Positions 1 through 12,052 of a stretch of 64,000 nucleotides of DNA are shown here, piece after piece. Position 1 is the first letter of the stretch. Each line of letters starts with the position of its first letter. The stretch lies in the NCBI RefSeq assembly GCF_009914755.1, contig NC_060934.1; one strand, 5' to 3'. Below the pieces are notes generated by a model. That model did not search any database and was not told where the DNA came from. It worked only from the letters and a program-made list of their open reading frames with translations. The translations under genes were made by a program, and so were the position numbers. Source of the DNA: the human T2T-CHM13v2.0 reference genome, Homo sapiens.

Positions 1-1002
1 CTCCCTAATCATGCTACCCCAATCCTGCTTCAATTAAAAGGTCTGCCTGCTCCACTTCTTCACTCAGACATCTGGGCCCAAGTGAAGAGAATCACATCAT
101 CACATAACCAAATCAAATGGCACGATTATCAGTACTTGATCTTCAACTGCTACCAAGTAATGCTAAATTATATCCCTCAACTCTCTCTTCCATTCTCCAA
201 AGCTGTCATTTCTAACTTCACCACTCTGCCCACACCTCCTACCTTACAACCTTGTTCTTAGCAAGTGAACATGGTGCCTACTTCATAAAGAAGACAGAAA
301 CAGTTGTACGCAGAAGGTGCTTCCACCAACACCATTCTCTCCTCTTTCCCTTGATTATAATCAAAGAAGTGCCTTCTCCCTGCCCAACCTATGATCCAGG
401 CCCATTTCCTCTCATCTCCATGGTGAGCTGACCCTACGAATCATCCACTCTATTTCCTAATGTCACCCACTCACTCCTCCACTACTGTGCTCTTAAATCA
501 AAACAAACACAAAAACATCTCTCCTTGCTATCAAAATCTCCTTGAAAGCATTGCCTACATTTTCCACCTCCCCTGCCTAAGTCCACCCACCCCCACCACT
601 CCATCCACACTGTTCCCGCCAAATTACGGTGGCCTCTCATGAACACTTTTCCATTCAGCAATAGATATGGTTGACCACTCAGATCTCACCAAAACAGTCT
701 TTCCCTTTGCCTTCTGTGACAGCACACTCTGTATTTTCCTCTTACCTGGAGGTATGGCATCTTTTGTATCAGCAACAACAGTGTGGAAAGGAATGTGTAT
801 ATGTGTATACAAGAATGCACTCAGGAAAACTCATGGCTGCTGCTTCTCCAGCAAAGAAGACACACACATCCATAAAGATGAAGATATTAGGAAGCCATAT
901 CTAAATAACTGGAGCTGGGAAGTTTATCAACATTTAGGCTGTGCCATGCTGAGGTTGGCATCGTTAATTCCAGTCCCCTCTGAACTCTCCTACTTGCCTC
1001 AC

Positions 1003-1104
1003 CTGCTGAAGTAAGAGCTCCTCTGCTTTGAGCCTCTCCATCATTTCCTGCTCCATCAGAGCTAATTCTCTTTCACGCTCCAGCTTGGCCATTTCCTTTT
1101 GTCT
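1003..1104 (-). CDS. DYDC1: DYDC1 second coding exon (RQKEMAKLERERELALMEQEMMERLKAEELLLQQ), coiled-coil region; gene continues left of the window
   Basis: Minus-strand acceptor tgctag at 1105-1110 and donor GTGAGG at 1002; 102 nt, phase 0, in frame with the upstream exon; matches recalled DYDC1 protein. Confidence 0.95.
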
Positions 1105-1556
1105 CTAGCATTGTTTAAAAACAACAGCACACGACTTCTTAGCGAGAAAGCAATTTGTAAAAGCAATCTTGAAAGCACTTAATAGGAACAATTAGGGAAA
1201 GTGTTAAGCAAATTATAGCCCATCCCTGTGGAAATGATATAATAATTTGGGAAGATATTTTATCTGAATAATGAGCACAATATTAAAGTTATACATTGTG
1301 TATGATCACAAGTACATAAACGTAAATCTATAAATCTATAGAAAAAAGACTTCCCATGAAAGGAATTACCTAAAAATCTAAATAGAAGTCTTCTTTGGGT
1401 AATGTTTTCTCCTTCCTGCTTTTCATGTTGTTCAAGTTTTTGTATAATAAACATTATTTTTATAACAGAAAAATAATAATGTTAAACTTTTTTAAAAGCA
1501 GACAAGTTGGACCAGTTTTTTTTCTTCTAATTTCCTAGAAGGAGATTCCTACTTAC

Positions 1557-1703
1557 CAGTTGTTCCATGGTCACATTTTCCTTATACTTGTAAATCCACA
1601 ATGCTAAATATTCTATCGGATCCACTGGGCGAACTCTTGCCACTTCTGCAAGACCTTGAGTTAAACAGGCCCCAAGGTGCTTTTGAAGATATATTGACTC
1701 CAT
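1557..1703 (-). CDS. DYDC1: DYDC1 first coding exon, DPY30/Dpy-30 dimerisation motif ([49 protein letters not shown])
   Basis: ATG at 1703 (minus); exon 1712-1557 bounded by ttttag and GTAAGT; 49 codons; RPxDPIEYLA Dpy-30 signature. Confidence 0.97.
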
Positions 1704-2015
1704 TTCTAACTCCTAAAAAGTAAGTGTTTTTGCATTACTGCAGGATATTTTCAATAAAGTCACTATAAAACTAAAGTCCAGTGAGGTGAACAAAGCCTTA
1801 CATACACCCTGCCCTCAGTCATGGACACCTCCCATTGGGGGTGTCACAAGCAAGCTGGCCCCAGGAAACTTCTAATAGTTTCCAAAAGGGCTCCAAGGAA
1901 GTCACTACAACTAACATGGTTTCAAAATCCTGAAGGACTCTCAAGTCCAAGAGTCAGAAAAGAGATATTATCATTATTGATTCCAAGTTTACTTGATGCC
2001 AAGTAATGTGGGTCT

Positions 2016-2175
2016 CATGTAATCCTCACAACATACCTGAAAAATGGGTATCATCATCCCAGTGGGAAGATGAGCAAGCCCAGGCACAGACAGCGTAAGT
2101 GCACAGTTCAGGATCACACAGCTGGCAGATGAAGGAGACAGGGTTTGTACCCACCTCTTGATTCCAAAACCCTAA
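2016..2175 (-). mobile_element. MIR fragment
   Basis: taatcctcacaac...atcatcatccc...gatgagcaagcccaggcacaga...gatcacacagct core pattern. Confidence 0.7.
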
Positions 2176-2421
2176 CCCTAAAGACTACACTAAAATGTTC
2201 CTCCTAAGCCATGAGAGCCGTTTTTACAAAGCATCACAATAGTCCACCTTTTGAAAAAAAAAAATCCATAAATTTCCAAGGCCAAAGAATAAAAACTCAG
2301 CCTCCAAATAATAACATATGAAGCTCCTCACAATCTGGCCCCAATTTTCTTTTCAAGTTCACCTCCAGACATCATCTCTCCTGGCCCCAGCACACCCTGG
2401 GCTCTAATTCCATGGACATGT

Positions 2422-2563
2422 CTGGCTAATTTTTTTTGTATTTTTAGTAGAGACAGGGTTTCACTGTGTTAGCTAGGATGGTCTCGATCTCCTGACCTCG
2501 TGATCCGCCCACCTCGGCCTCCCAAAGTGCTGGGATTACAGGCGTGAGCCACCGCGCCTGGCC
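2422..2563 (-). mobile_element. AluY-like left arm only (right arm missing)
   Basis: Reverse complement of Alu 5' end with AluY-type GAGATCGAGACCATCCT; ends abruptly just past the A-rich linker. Confidence 0.9.
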
Positions 2564-2671
2564 GACCAGATTGTTTTTAAAACAGAAAAGGAAAAATGGA
2601 GCAACCAATCTCTTTCAGATGCTTTGGAAAAATTGATCACCCTCAGATTACCCTTAATATTTTAAGAAATC

Positions 2672-3624
<953 letters not shown>

Positions 3625-3659
3625 TCAGGCACCATGATAGGTACTGGGAATACAAAACT

Positions 3660-4012
3660 ATTGTGAATTGAATATCTGTGTCCCCCAAAAATCCATATGT
3701 TGAAATCCTAACTCCCAATGTGATGGTATTAGGAGCCTTTGGGAAGTGATTAGATCATTAGTGTGGAGCCGTCATGCATGGGATTAATGCCCTTATAAAA
3801 AGAGATGGGAGAGCGTGCTCTCACTCTCTGCCATCTGAGAATAAAACTAGAAGACAGCCACCTGCACACCAGCCAGAGGGTCCTCACCAGACACCAGAAA
3901 TGCCAATGCCTTGATTTTAGACTTCCCAGCCTCCAGAATGGTGAGAAATAAATGTGTATTGTTTTTAAGCCACCCAGTGTTGGTAATTTGCTACAGCAGC
4001 GCAAACTAAAAC
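3660..4012 (+). mobile_element. MaLR LTR (MLT1A-like)
   Basis: tgtgtcccccaaaa..tatgttgaaatcctaactcccaatgtgatggtattagg..gggattaatgcccttataaaagag..ttttaagccacccagt signature. Confidence 0.85.
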
Positions 4013-4469
4013 AAAAACAGTCTCTGCCTTCATGGAGCTTATAGATGAGAAAGGAAGATAAATATTTAAATCAATAAATATGAAATTGCAGTTAAAATAA
4101 GTACTATGAGACCAGACAAGAGGAGTAGCTGATCAAGTCAGGAAAGTAAAAAAAAAGCTTCTTTGGGGGTGACATTTGAGCTAAGCTTACATTTACTGAA
4201 AAAAAAAAACAGTAAAATTAACACGACAAAGAAGAGAAGAGTCTTCTAGGTATGAGGAAAGGCCCTGATATAGGAATGAGCATGGCAATTACAGGGGATA
4301 GAATGCCACTGTGTCTAAACTTGTCCCTGGACAAATGCATCTAGCATTTTGCATAAAATTTCAGAGACAGTGACATCCTGGGGTCCGTCCATAACCCCCA
4401 ATTTTTATTCTATGGATGAACCCCAGGATGTCAGTGTCTCTGAAATTTTATGCCATAACTATGTGCATA

Positions 4470-4900
4470 TGCCATATGACAGTGGTGGGAGGGCAAAATG
4501 GTATAACTCCTATGGAGGAGAATTTGACAACATCTAGAAAATCACATATGCATTCACCCTTTGACTCATCAATCTTGCTTCTTGGATCCTATCTCAAAGA
4601 TATAGTTGCAAAAATATGAAATGGCATATGCACACAGTTATTTGCAGCATTATTTACAATAGTCACACTGAAGCACCATCTAAATGTTCATCAAATTGGG
4701 GATTAATAAGAGCAACACAATGGATTATTATGCAGATGTACAAGAGAATGAAGAAACTAGAGAGTGATCTCTAAGACACAGAATAAAGAAAACGAGGTGC
4801 TGAAATTGTATATGGTCTGTCATCTTTTGTATTAGCAACAGCAGTGGGGAAAGGAATGTGTATGTGTGTATATGTAAACATAGTCATAAAAACTCTAAAA
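4470..4900 (+). mobile_element. Old L1M(E) 3' fragment
   Basis: Degenerate L1 ORF2-end/3'UTR pattern (ccctttgactcatcaatc..gcagcattatttacaatag..ctaaatgttcatca). Confidence 0.55.
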
Positions 4901-5398
4901 ACGGAAAACAAACTGGCACAAATGAACCTAATTCCAAATGAGGTTGATATTGGTGTCTCAACCATACAGAGAAAAGAATTATTACAACTGACTTTGGAAC
5001 ACAGTATCTTCACTGTATTTCTTCAGTAGGATATACCTGAAAGACCAAAACGCTACACAGACATCTCAAAGTCATTTGAAGTGAAGTTAAAAAAAAAAAA
5101 AAAAAAAGGTGCACAGACTCCTGTTGCTGCTCCAGAAGGATAAAATGTGGGAAGGGAGGAAGGGGACCATTATCCCTAAAGAGAAAACTTCTGGCCTACC
5201 AGCGGGGCCAGGTCAGGGGAGGCTCTGTCTCGGATTTCTGGGCATATCAGTGGGACCCAGGCAAGGCCTGCCAACTCCCTTAGCATGTTCCTGTCTGTGA
5301 AACGAGGATAATACCCATCTCTCCTGTGGTAAGCAATGTTATTTTTCACATACACCAATAGGCATCTTGGCTCAACATAAGAAAGCCCTTTCCCACAG

Positions 5399-5698
5399 AA
5401 ACAGCTGCCTCCAGCGTGAAGAAGGTGCCACAGAGATGGAAGGAGATTCCTTACCCACACCTGGGAGACAGCTAGCCAGCCAGCCAGCCAACTGGGCGGG
5501 GGCACCCGGGCAGGGGTGCCAGATACAGTATTGTATCTGGCAACCTCCCGGGGCGCTCAGTGTGGTTTTCCCACCCGGGAGTCTGGAAGGGTCTCCCGCA
5601 GCCCGCAGGAGACGCAGCGCTCCCCGCTCAGGGGGAGCAGGAGGACAGCTGGCCGCTTTCGGGAGCCCCAGGCGCGAAGCGGCCTCTCTCCGCCTCAG
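5399..5698 (+). other. DYDC2: Putative alternative non-coding DYDC2 exon (300 nt)
   Basis: Acceptor ccctttcccacag| at 5398/5399 and perfect donor CAG|GTGAGT at 5698/5699. Confidence 0.55.
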
Positions 5699-5813
5699 GT
5701 GAGTCCTGCTCGACGCCCAAGGCCCAACGGTCAGAACCGCCTCTGCCCGCCGGACCCAGCGAAGCTAGGGGAACAAATCCCAAAAACAGTTCGGGCCTTT
5801 CCGGTGCGCTCAC

Positions 5814-5860
5814 CCCTACACACGCGCCTGCTCGCCACCCAGGAGCGGCGTCCCGTTGCC
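5814..5860 (-). other. DYDC1: DYDC1 non-coding first exon (5' end approximate)
   Basis: Minus-strand donor GGG|GTGAGC at 5814/5813 inside the CpG island; TSS not determinable from sequence. Confidence 0.7.
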
Positions 5861-5867
5861 AGGCAAC
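5855..5867. promoter_or_regulatory. RFX X-box GTTGCC-A-GGCAAC
   Basis: Perfect palindromic match to GTTRCC-N(0-3)-RGYAAC, lying between the two divergent first exons. Confidence 0.85.
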
Positions 5868-5869
5868 GA

Positions 5870-5927
5870 GAGCTCGCGCCTCAGGAGCCAGTGTAGGCGC
5901 CGCAAAGCGGAAGGGGCGCGCGGATAG
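5870..5927 (+). other. DYDC2: DYDC2 non-coding exon 1 (5' end approximate)
   Basis: Donor TAG|GTGAGC at 5927/5928 in the CpG island. Confidence 0.7.
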
Positions 5928-5960
5928 GTGAGCAGAGGGCACGCGGTGGGCAGCGAAGGG

Positions 5961-6420
5961 GGAACGCGCAGCAGAGAGGAGAGGGCGTGCAGGAGTAGGA
6001 GCAGGCGGCAGAGTAGAGGGGGCGCGGCAGAGTAGAGGGGGCGCGGCAGAGTGGAGGGGGCGTGCAGGAGTAGGAGCCCGCCGCAGAGTAGAGGGGGCGC
6101 GGCAGAGAGGAGGGGGCGTGCAGGCGCGGGGCGCCCGGCAGAGAGAAGGGGTCGTGCGGAAGGGGGCGCGCGCCAGGGGAGGGGGCCAGAGAGGAGGGGG
6201 CGTTCAGGAGTCGGGCCTGCGGCAGAGATGAGGCGGTGTGCAGGAGGGAGAGCGCGCACGAGGGGGCAACGGGCAGAGAGGAGAGGGAATGAAAGAAGGG
6301 GAGCGTGGCAGAGAGAAGCGGGCGCGCTCCAGGGGGCGGGGTCCAGGGAGGAGGGGGAGCGTAGGATCGGGGCGGGAGGCAGAGAGGAGCGGGCACGCGG
6401 GACGGGCGTGTGCTCGTGAG
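5961..6420 (+). repeat. G-rich degenerate minisatellite, core unit GCGGCAGAGTAGAGGGGGC (19 nt)
   Basis: Three near-exact tandem copies at 6005-6061 plus degenerate copies and a recurring GTGCAGGAGTAGGAGC spacer. Confidence 0.85.
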
Positions 6421-6994
6421 GGGTCGAGGAAAGGCGTATGTGGAGGCGCGCGGGGTGGGTGAGCCGAGGAGACTTGCTACACAGAAACCTGGAGGAGTAG
6501 GGGCACACAAAAGAGCAAGGGACCCTGACTGGCAGCCCGGCATGCTCTGGGAGAGACAAAGAGGTGGCGGGCTTTGAGGAGGAACCAGGAAGGGCAGCCA
6601 ATCGGAAAAGGGTGGAAGACCTTCCAGAGTCCCTGGAAGACCGTCACTGCAAGCTGCTAATAGCTTGGCAGTTTCACAACTCTGCACCTTTGCTCTTGCT
6701 GGTGACCTCTGCTTGGTTCCTTTCAGAACCAATTCGGGTGCCCCACCACCGGGAAGCCGTCCAGTCTCCACCAGGCCCAAACCCTTGCAGTCTTCCCTGG
6801 CCTAGTCGTCTGTGCATGTGCTAGCCTTTCCTGTGCTCTCTTTCAGCTTATGGGCGGGGCAGTGCCAGGCAAGAGAGGCCTTAATAGATGTTAGTTGAGC
6901 TAGTAAATGCCAGATTGGGCGTGGAAAAATCAAAGGGAAGCATGAGGGCAGGTGGCAGAACTCTCTCAATGAATAAGTCAAGAAATATTTACAG

Positions 6995-7147
6995 AGCTCC
7001 CAGTGTGCCAAGCGTGGGCGGTATACAGTAAACAAAGACAACCCCTATTCTTATCACCTTGCCTACTGAGTGCAAGTCCAGGAACTGTGTAAGCAGACCC
7101 TCAGAGGAGCTCTGGGAAACACTGAAAAATAGCCTCTCCCCCCATTG
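6995..7147 (+). other. DYDC2: DYDC2 non-coding exon 2 (153 nt)
   Basis: atttacag| acceptor and TTG|GTGAGT donor; consistent with my recollection of the DYDC2 5' UTR structure. Confidence 0.6.
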
Positions 7148-7196
7148 GTGAGTGTACCCTAAGTTGGTCTGAGTGGGCTTTAAAAGGCATCCCCTT

Positions 7197-7492
7197 GGCC
7201 AGGCGCGGTGGCTCACCGCCTGTAATCCTAGCACTTTGGGAGGCGGAGGTGGGCGGATCACCTGAGGTGAGGAATTCAAAACCAGCCTGGCCAACATGGA
7301 GAAACCCCATCTCTACTAAAAATACAAAAATTAGCCAGGTGTGGTGGCGCACACCTGTAATCCCAGCTCCTCAGGAGGCTGAGACAGCGGAATTGCTTGA
7401 ACCAAGGAGGCAGAGATTGCAGTAAGACGAGATTGTGCCACTGCACTCCAGCCTGGGCGACAGACCAAGGCTCTCTCTTAAAAATAAAAAAT
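7197..7492 (+). mobile_element. AluS with TSD AAAAGGCATCCCCTT
   Basis: Full Alu; TSD at 7182-7196 and 7493-7507. Confidence 0.95.
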
Positions 7493-7854
7493 AAAAGGCA
7501 TCCCCTTGACTCCTTCCCCTCCAGCCCTCAGATTATGGCTCTATGCTGGCTCTACTGTCTTTGTACCATATTTTAGCGACTGTTGGGCAAACACATTTCC
7601 TTCAGATCATTGTTGAAAATGGGCAATTTAGAGTAGGGGGAGGTATGCCAATACGGCTTGCCACATGTAACCAGTGTGGCAGCCACCCCCTGACTAGAGA
7701 ATGCAGAGTTGGTGATTCTGCCTTCGGGGAAGGACAGTTCTACAGTGATCCAGGCAAAGTAGATTGGTAACTACAGGTCGCTTGGAGATTTTATTAACAT
7801 GCAGGTTCTGAATCTGTGGTGGGACCTGAGATTCTGCATCTCAACAAGTCCCAA

Positions 7855-9141
7855 TGTGTCCAGAATTGGTGGGTTCTTGGTCTCACTGAGTTCTAGAATG
7901 AAGCCGTGGACCCTCACAGTGAGTATTACAGTTCTTAAAGGCGGCGTGTCCAGAGTTCGTTCCTTTTGATGTTCGGATGTGTTCAGAGTTTCTTCCTTCT
8001 GGTGGGTTGCTGGTCTCCCTTCAGAAGTGAAGCTGCAGACCTTTGCAGTGAGTGTTACAGCTCATAAAGGCAGTGCAGACCCAAACAATGAGCAGCAGCA
8101 AGATTTACTACAAAGAGCAAAAGAACAAAGCTTCCAGTGTGGAAGGGAACCCAGAGCAGGTTGCAGCTGCTGGCTCAGGCAGCCTGCTTTTATTCCCTTA
8201 TCCGGCCCTACCCACATCCTGCTGATTGGTTCATTTTACAGAGAGCTGATTGCTCTGTTTTACAGAGAGCTGATTGGTCCATTTTGACAGGGTGCTGATT
8301 GGTGTGTTTACAATCCTTGAGCTAGACACAAAAGTTCTCCAAGTCCCCACTAGATTAGCTAGACACAGAGCACTGATTGGTGCATTTACAAACCTTGAGC
8401 TAGACACGGGGTGCTGATTGGTACATTTACAAACCTTGAGCTAGACACAGAATGCTGATTGGTGTATTTACAATCCCTTAGCTAGACATAAAGATTCTCC
8501 AAGTCTCCACTAGACTCAGGAGCCCAAATGGCTTCACCTAGTGGATCCCGCATCAGGGCTGCAGGCGGAGCTGCCTGCCAGTCCCACGTAGTGTGCCCGC
8601 ACTCCTCAGCCCTTGGGCGGTCGATGGGACCGGGCACCGCGGAGCAGTGGGTGGCGCTCATCAGGGAGGCTCCGACAGCACAGGAGCCCACGGTGCGGGG
8701 GAGGCTCGGGCATGGCGGGCTGCATGTCCGGAGCCCCGTGGGGAGGCAGTAGAGGCCCGGCAAGAATTCGAGCAAAGTGCTGGCAGGCCGGCACTGCTGG
8801 GGGACCCAGCACACCCTCTGCAGCTGCTGGCCCAGTGCTAAGCTCCTCACTGCCTGGGGCCTGCAGTGCTGGCCGGCTGATCCGAGTGCGGGGCCCACCA
8901 AGCCCGCGCCCACCCGGAACTTGCGCTGGCCTGCGAGTGCCACACGCGGCCCCATTTCCCGCCCGCGCCTCTCCCTCCACACCTCCCTGCAAGCAGAGCC
9001 GGCTCCGGCCTTGGCCAGCCCAGAGGGGCTCCCACAGTGCAGCGGCGGGCTGAAGGGCTCCTCAAGCATGGCCAGAGTGGGCACCAAGGCCGAGGAGGTG
9101 CCAAGAGCAAGAGAGGGCTGCCAGCACGCTGTCACCTCTCA
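7855..9141 (-). mobile_element. LTR12-family (ERV9) solo LTR, ~1.29 kb, inserted into a MER5A-like DNA transposon (~7760-7854 and 9142-9190)
   Basis: Minus strand begins TGAGAGGTGACAGCGTGCTGGCAG and ends TTCTGGACACA; tandem CCAAT repeats 8221-8463; near-TSD cccaa/cccag. Confidence 0.93.
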
Positions 9142-9299
9142 CCCAGGTGATGGAATGCTGCTGGTCATCTGTCGTCAGACTAGCTTTGAGTAAGAGGGGT
9201 GTAGAAGTTTGTTTATCCAAATGCATTGGTTCAAGTGGGCCACACAGATTGGCAGGAGACACCACCCACCTCTGTCCCCACCCTCCATCACTACCCCAC

Positions 9300-9707
9300 T
9301 CAATTTTTTTTTAATTCCCTTACAGGTCTTGGGGTCAGAAGTCCAAAATGAATCTTATAGAGCTAAAACCAAAGTGTCAGCAGGGCAGGTTCCTCAGGAG
9401 GCTCTGGGGAGAATCCATTTTCTTGTCTTTTCCAGCTTCTAGAGGATACCCTTGGCTCAAGGCCCTGAATCACATCGCTTTTTCTCCCTTGGCTCTGTCA
9501 TCACCTTCCCTGTCTGACCGTACTGTGTCCCTCTTATAGTGACACCTGTGATTACATTGTTCCTACTCAGATAATCCAGGATAATCCCCCTATCTCAAGA
9601 TCCTTAATTTAATCACAGTTACAAAGTCTCTTTTGCCATTTAAGGTGACATATTCATAGTTTCCAGGTATTCAGACATAGACACATTTGGGAGCCATTAT
9701 TCAGCCC
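9300..9707 (-). mobile_element. MaLR LTR (MLT1C/D-like)
   Basis: ggtcagaagtccaaaat..aggctctggggagaatcc..ttttccagcttctagagg..gataatccaggataatc. Confidence 0.75.
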
Positions 9708-9861
9708 TAGAACAAGGACATTCTCTTACTCATATTTCCATTATTCAAAATTAAGAAATTTAACTTGGATAAATTATGTCACATAATCTACATTTCACAT
9801 TCAGTTCAACCAATTTTCCCAACAATGCCCTTTATAGAATTCTTTCTTCTTCTTTTCTTTC

Positions 9862-10173
9862 TTTCTTTTTTTTTTTTTTTAGACAGGGTCTCGCTCTGTC
9901 ACCCAGGTTGGAGTGCAGTGGTGAGATCTCAACGCATTGCAGCCACAACCTCCTGGGCTCAAGTGATCCTCCCACCTCAGCCCTGCCCCCAACCCCTCCA
10001 AGTAGCTGGGACTGCAGGTGTGTGCCATCACACCTGGCTAATTTTTGTATTTTTTGTGGAGACAGGGTTTTGCCTTGTTGCCCAGGCTGGTATCAAACCC
10101 CTGAGCTCAAGTGATCCTCCTGCCTCAGCCTCCCAAAGTGCTGGATTTATAGGCGTGCACCACCATGCCCAGC
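9862..10173 (-). mobile_element. AluJ within an old L1MC-like 3' fragment (~9710-11130, minus)
   Basis: Alu reverse complement with J-type diagnostic bases (ctcctgggctcaagtgatcctccc). Confidence 0.85.
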
Positions 10174-11545
10174 TGAATTATTTTTTCTTGTCCAGGCCCA
10201 ATCTAGGATCATGTGTTACATGTAGTTATTATGGCTGTTCAATCTCCTTTGATCTATAACAGTTACTCTTTTTTTTTTCATACCCTCAACATTTTTAAGA
10301 GTACAGGGTAGTTGCTTTGGATTTATTTGATGTTTCTTCAATTACATTCAAATATTGCATTTTAGGCAGGAATCCACGGAAATGTTTTATGTACCATAAG
10401 AAGTGCATCACATCAGGAGGCAGTTGATGTCACTTTGTTCCTTTGTTGGTGATGTTTACTTTGATTACTTGGTTAAGGTTTTGTTGGCCAGGTTTTGCCA
10501 CTGTAAAATTTCTGTATTTCCTTTGGAATTAATACTTAATTTGTGAGAAGAAACTTTGAGACTATGCATATATCTTATTCCTTGTCAAATGATCACCCAG
10601 GTTTAGCACTCATTGACTCATTGATGATCCTGCTTTGATTCAGTTATACTATGGTGGTGAGGAAATGGCAGTTTTTTAAAACTCCATTATTTTCCCCACA
10701 TTTATTAGTTGGCATTCTACTTTAACAAAGAACTTTGCCTTCTCCCTTCTTAATCTACTTATATATTCTCATATGGACTCATGGATTCTTATTTTATTCT
10801 GTAAGTTATAATCCATTACAGTCACTATTTTAATGGTCAAACTGCCCCAGATTTGACTAGTAGGAGCCCCTTCAAGCTGGCTTCTCTGTCCCCAACGATT
10901 GTATTTTTTAGAATTTTCTTACTTTCTGGCACAACAAAATGTTCCAGGCTCGTTAGGCTTGTCCTGCCCCAGCCTTGGAATCAGCCATTTCTCCAAGGAG
11001 CCCTGATTCCTCTTAAGTGATGAAGGCTATTTACAAGCAAGGTTTATATGCTTAGCGTGCTCATTGCTACTGAAGTGTTTTGGTTTCAAGGCCCTTGCAG
11101 TGGAGAGAGCTAGGAAATATTTTTTCCTATGTCCATAAGATAGATATGTATAAGATAGATATGGATATCTGTCTACTTGTTTTTCCTTCCTTAAGCTAAA
11201 ATATGAGAAGTAGGGGGACAAATTGAAAAATGCCTCCAGAAAATGTTAAGGCTAGATCTGAGCTTTTATTATTTGCTGGGCTCTTTTGGAATTAAAATGT
11301 GTCAACTTCAGGAATATGGACTCCGTCAGGAGGAGGCCAGGTCCTAGGTTGTTTCATGGCACAATCCTCCACTGAATATAACAGCAAGTAAGTGTTTGTT
11401 GGTTCTTTTGGGAAAGGTGTGATCCAGAAGCATCTCATATTTATCCTGAAATAAATCTGAATTGGTTAGAATGTGTCTATTTTTAATATCAGATTAAGTT
11501 TGTAAAATAGTGTGACTTTGTTTTGATGTTTTCCAGGCTGCCAGG

Positions 11546-11692
11546 ATGGAAACTAACTACCTGAAGAGGTGCTTTGGAAATTGCCTGGCCCAGGCACTGG
11601 CAGAGGTGGCGAAGGTTCGGCCCAGTGACCCAATAGAATACCTGGCTCACTGGCTTTATCATTACAGGAAAACAGCAAAAGCAAAAGAAGAG
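11546..11692 (+). CDS. DYDC2: DYDC2 first coding exon, Dpy-30 motif ([49 protein letters not shown])
   Basis: Acceptor ttttccag| at 11536/11537, ATG at 11546 in good Kozak context (AGGATGG), donor GAG|GTGTGT; 49 codons. Confidence 0.97.
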
Positions 11693-12052
11693 GTGTGTAT
11701 GTGCACTGGGACTTAGGGAGGGCCCAGCTTTCCCAGAGTAATTTGAAAGCCAAGACACAAGGCAGGATTCTGGAGCTGGCCTGGGGAATTTCTTGGTTTA
11801 TTTGACTTGCTCTTAGAGCCAGATATCCCTGAAGCATGGGGATCCTGGGGGCTAACTCAGAGGAGTGGAGCTTCAACTCAGACGAGCTGTGGAGTTGAAG
11901 GGTTTGTAACTACTAGCAGGCTAAAGCTAGTTACAAGAGGAAACTCAACAGGCCCAAAGAGCCCACAGCCCATATCAGTCCCCAGTGAGGGGGCCCCGTT
12001 TATAAGGCTTCCCTGGTTGCTGACCTGATTTGACTCTGTCACCTCACCCCAG

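Larger units (their letters stand above)
5480..6470. promoter_or_regulatory. CpG island; bidirectional promoter shared by DYDC1 and DYDC2
   Basis: High GC and CpG density; divergent first-exon donors at 5813 (-) and 5928 (+). Confidence 0.9.

Noticed and set aside
5816-6780. Long ORFs of 261 and 299 aa on the minus strand
   Set aside because: They run through the GC-rich minisatellite and CpG island, where stops are scarce; low-complexity P/L/S/A translations with no domain
8221-8500. Regularly spaced ~40-nt repeats, superficially CRISPR-like
   Set aside because: Normal CCAAT-containing tandem enhancer repeats of LTR12; no unique spacers, eukaryotic DNA
7979-9265. Stack of overlapping ORFs up to 217 aa
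   Set aside because: All lie in or overlap the GC-rich LTR12; typical artefact
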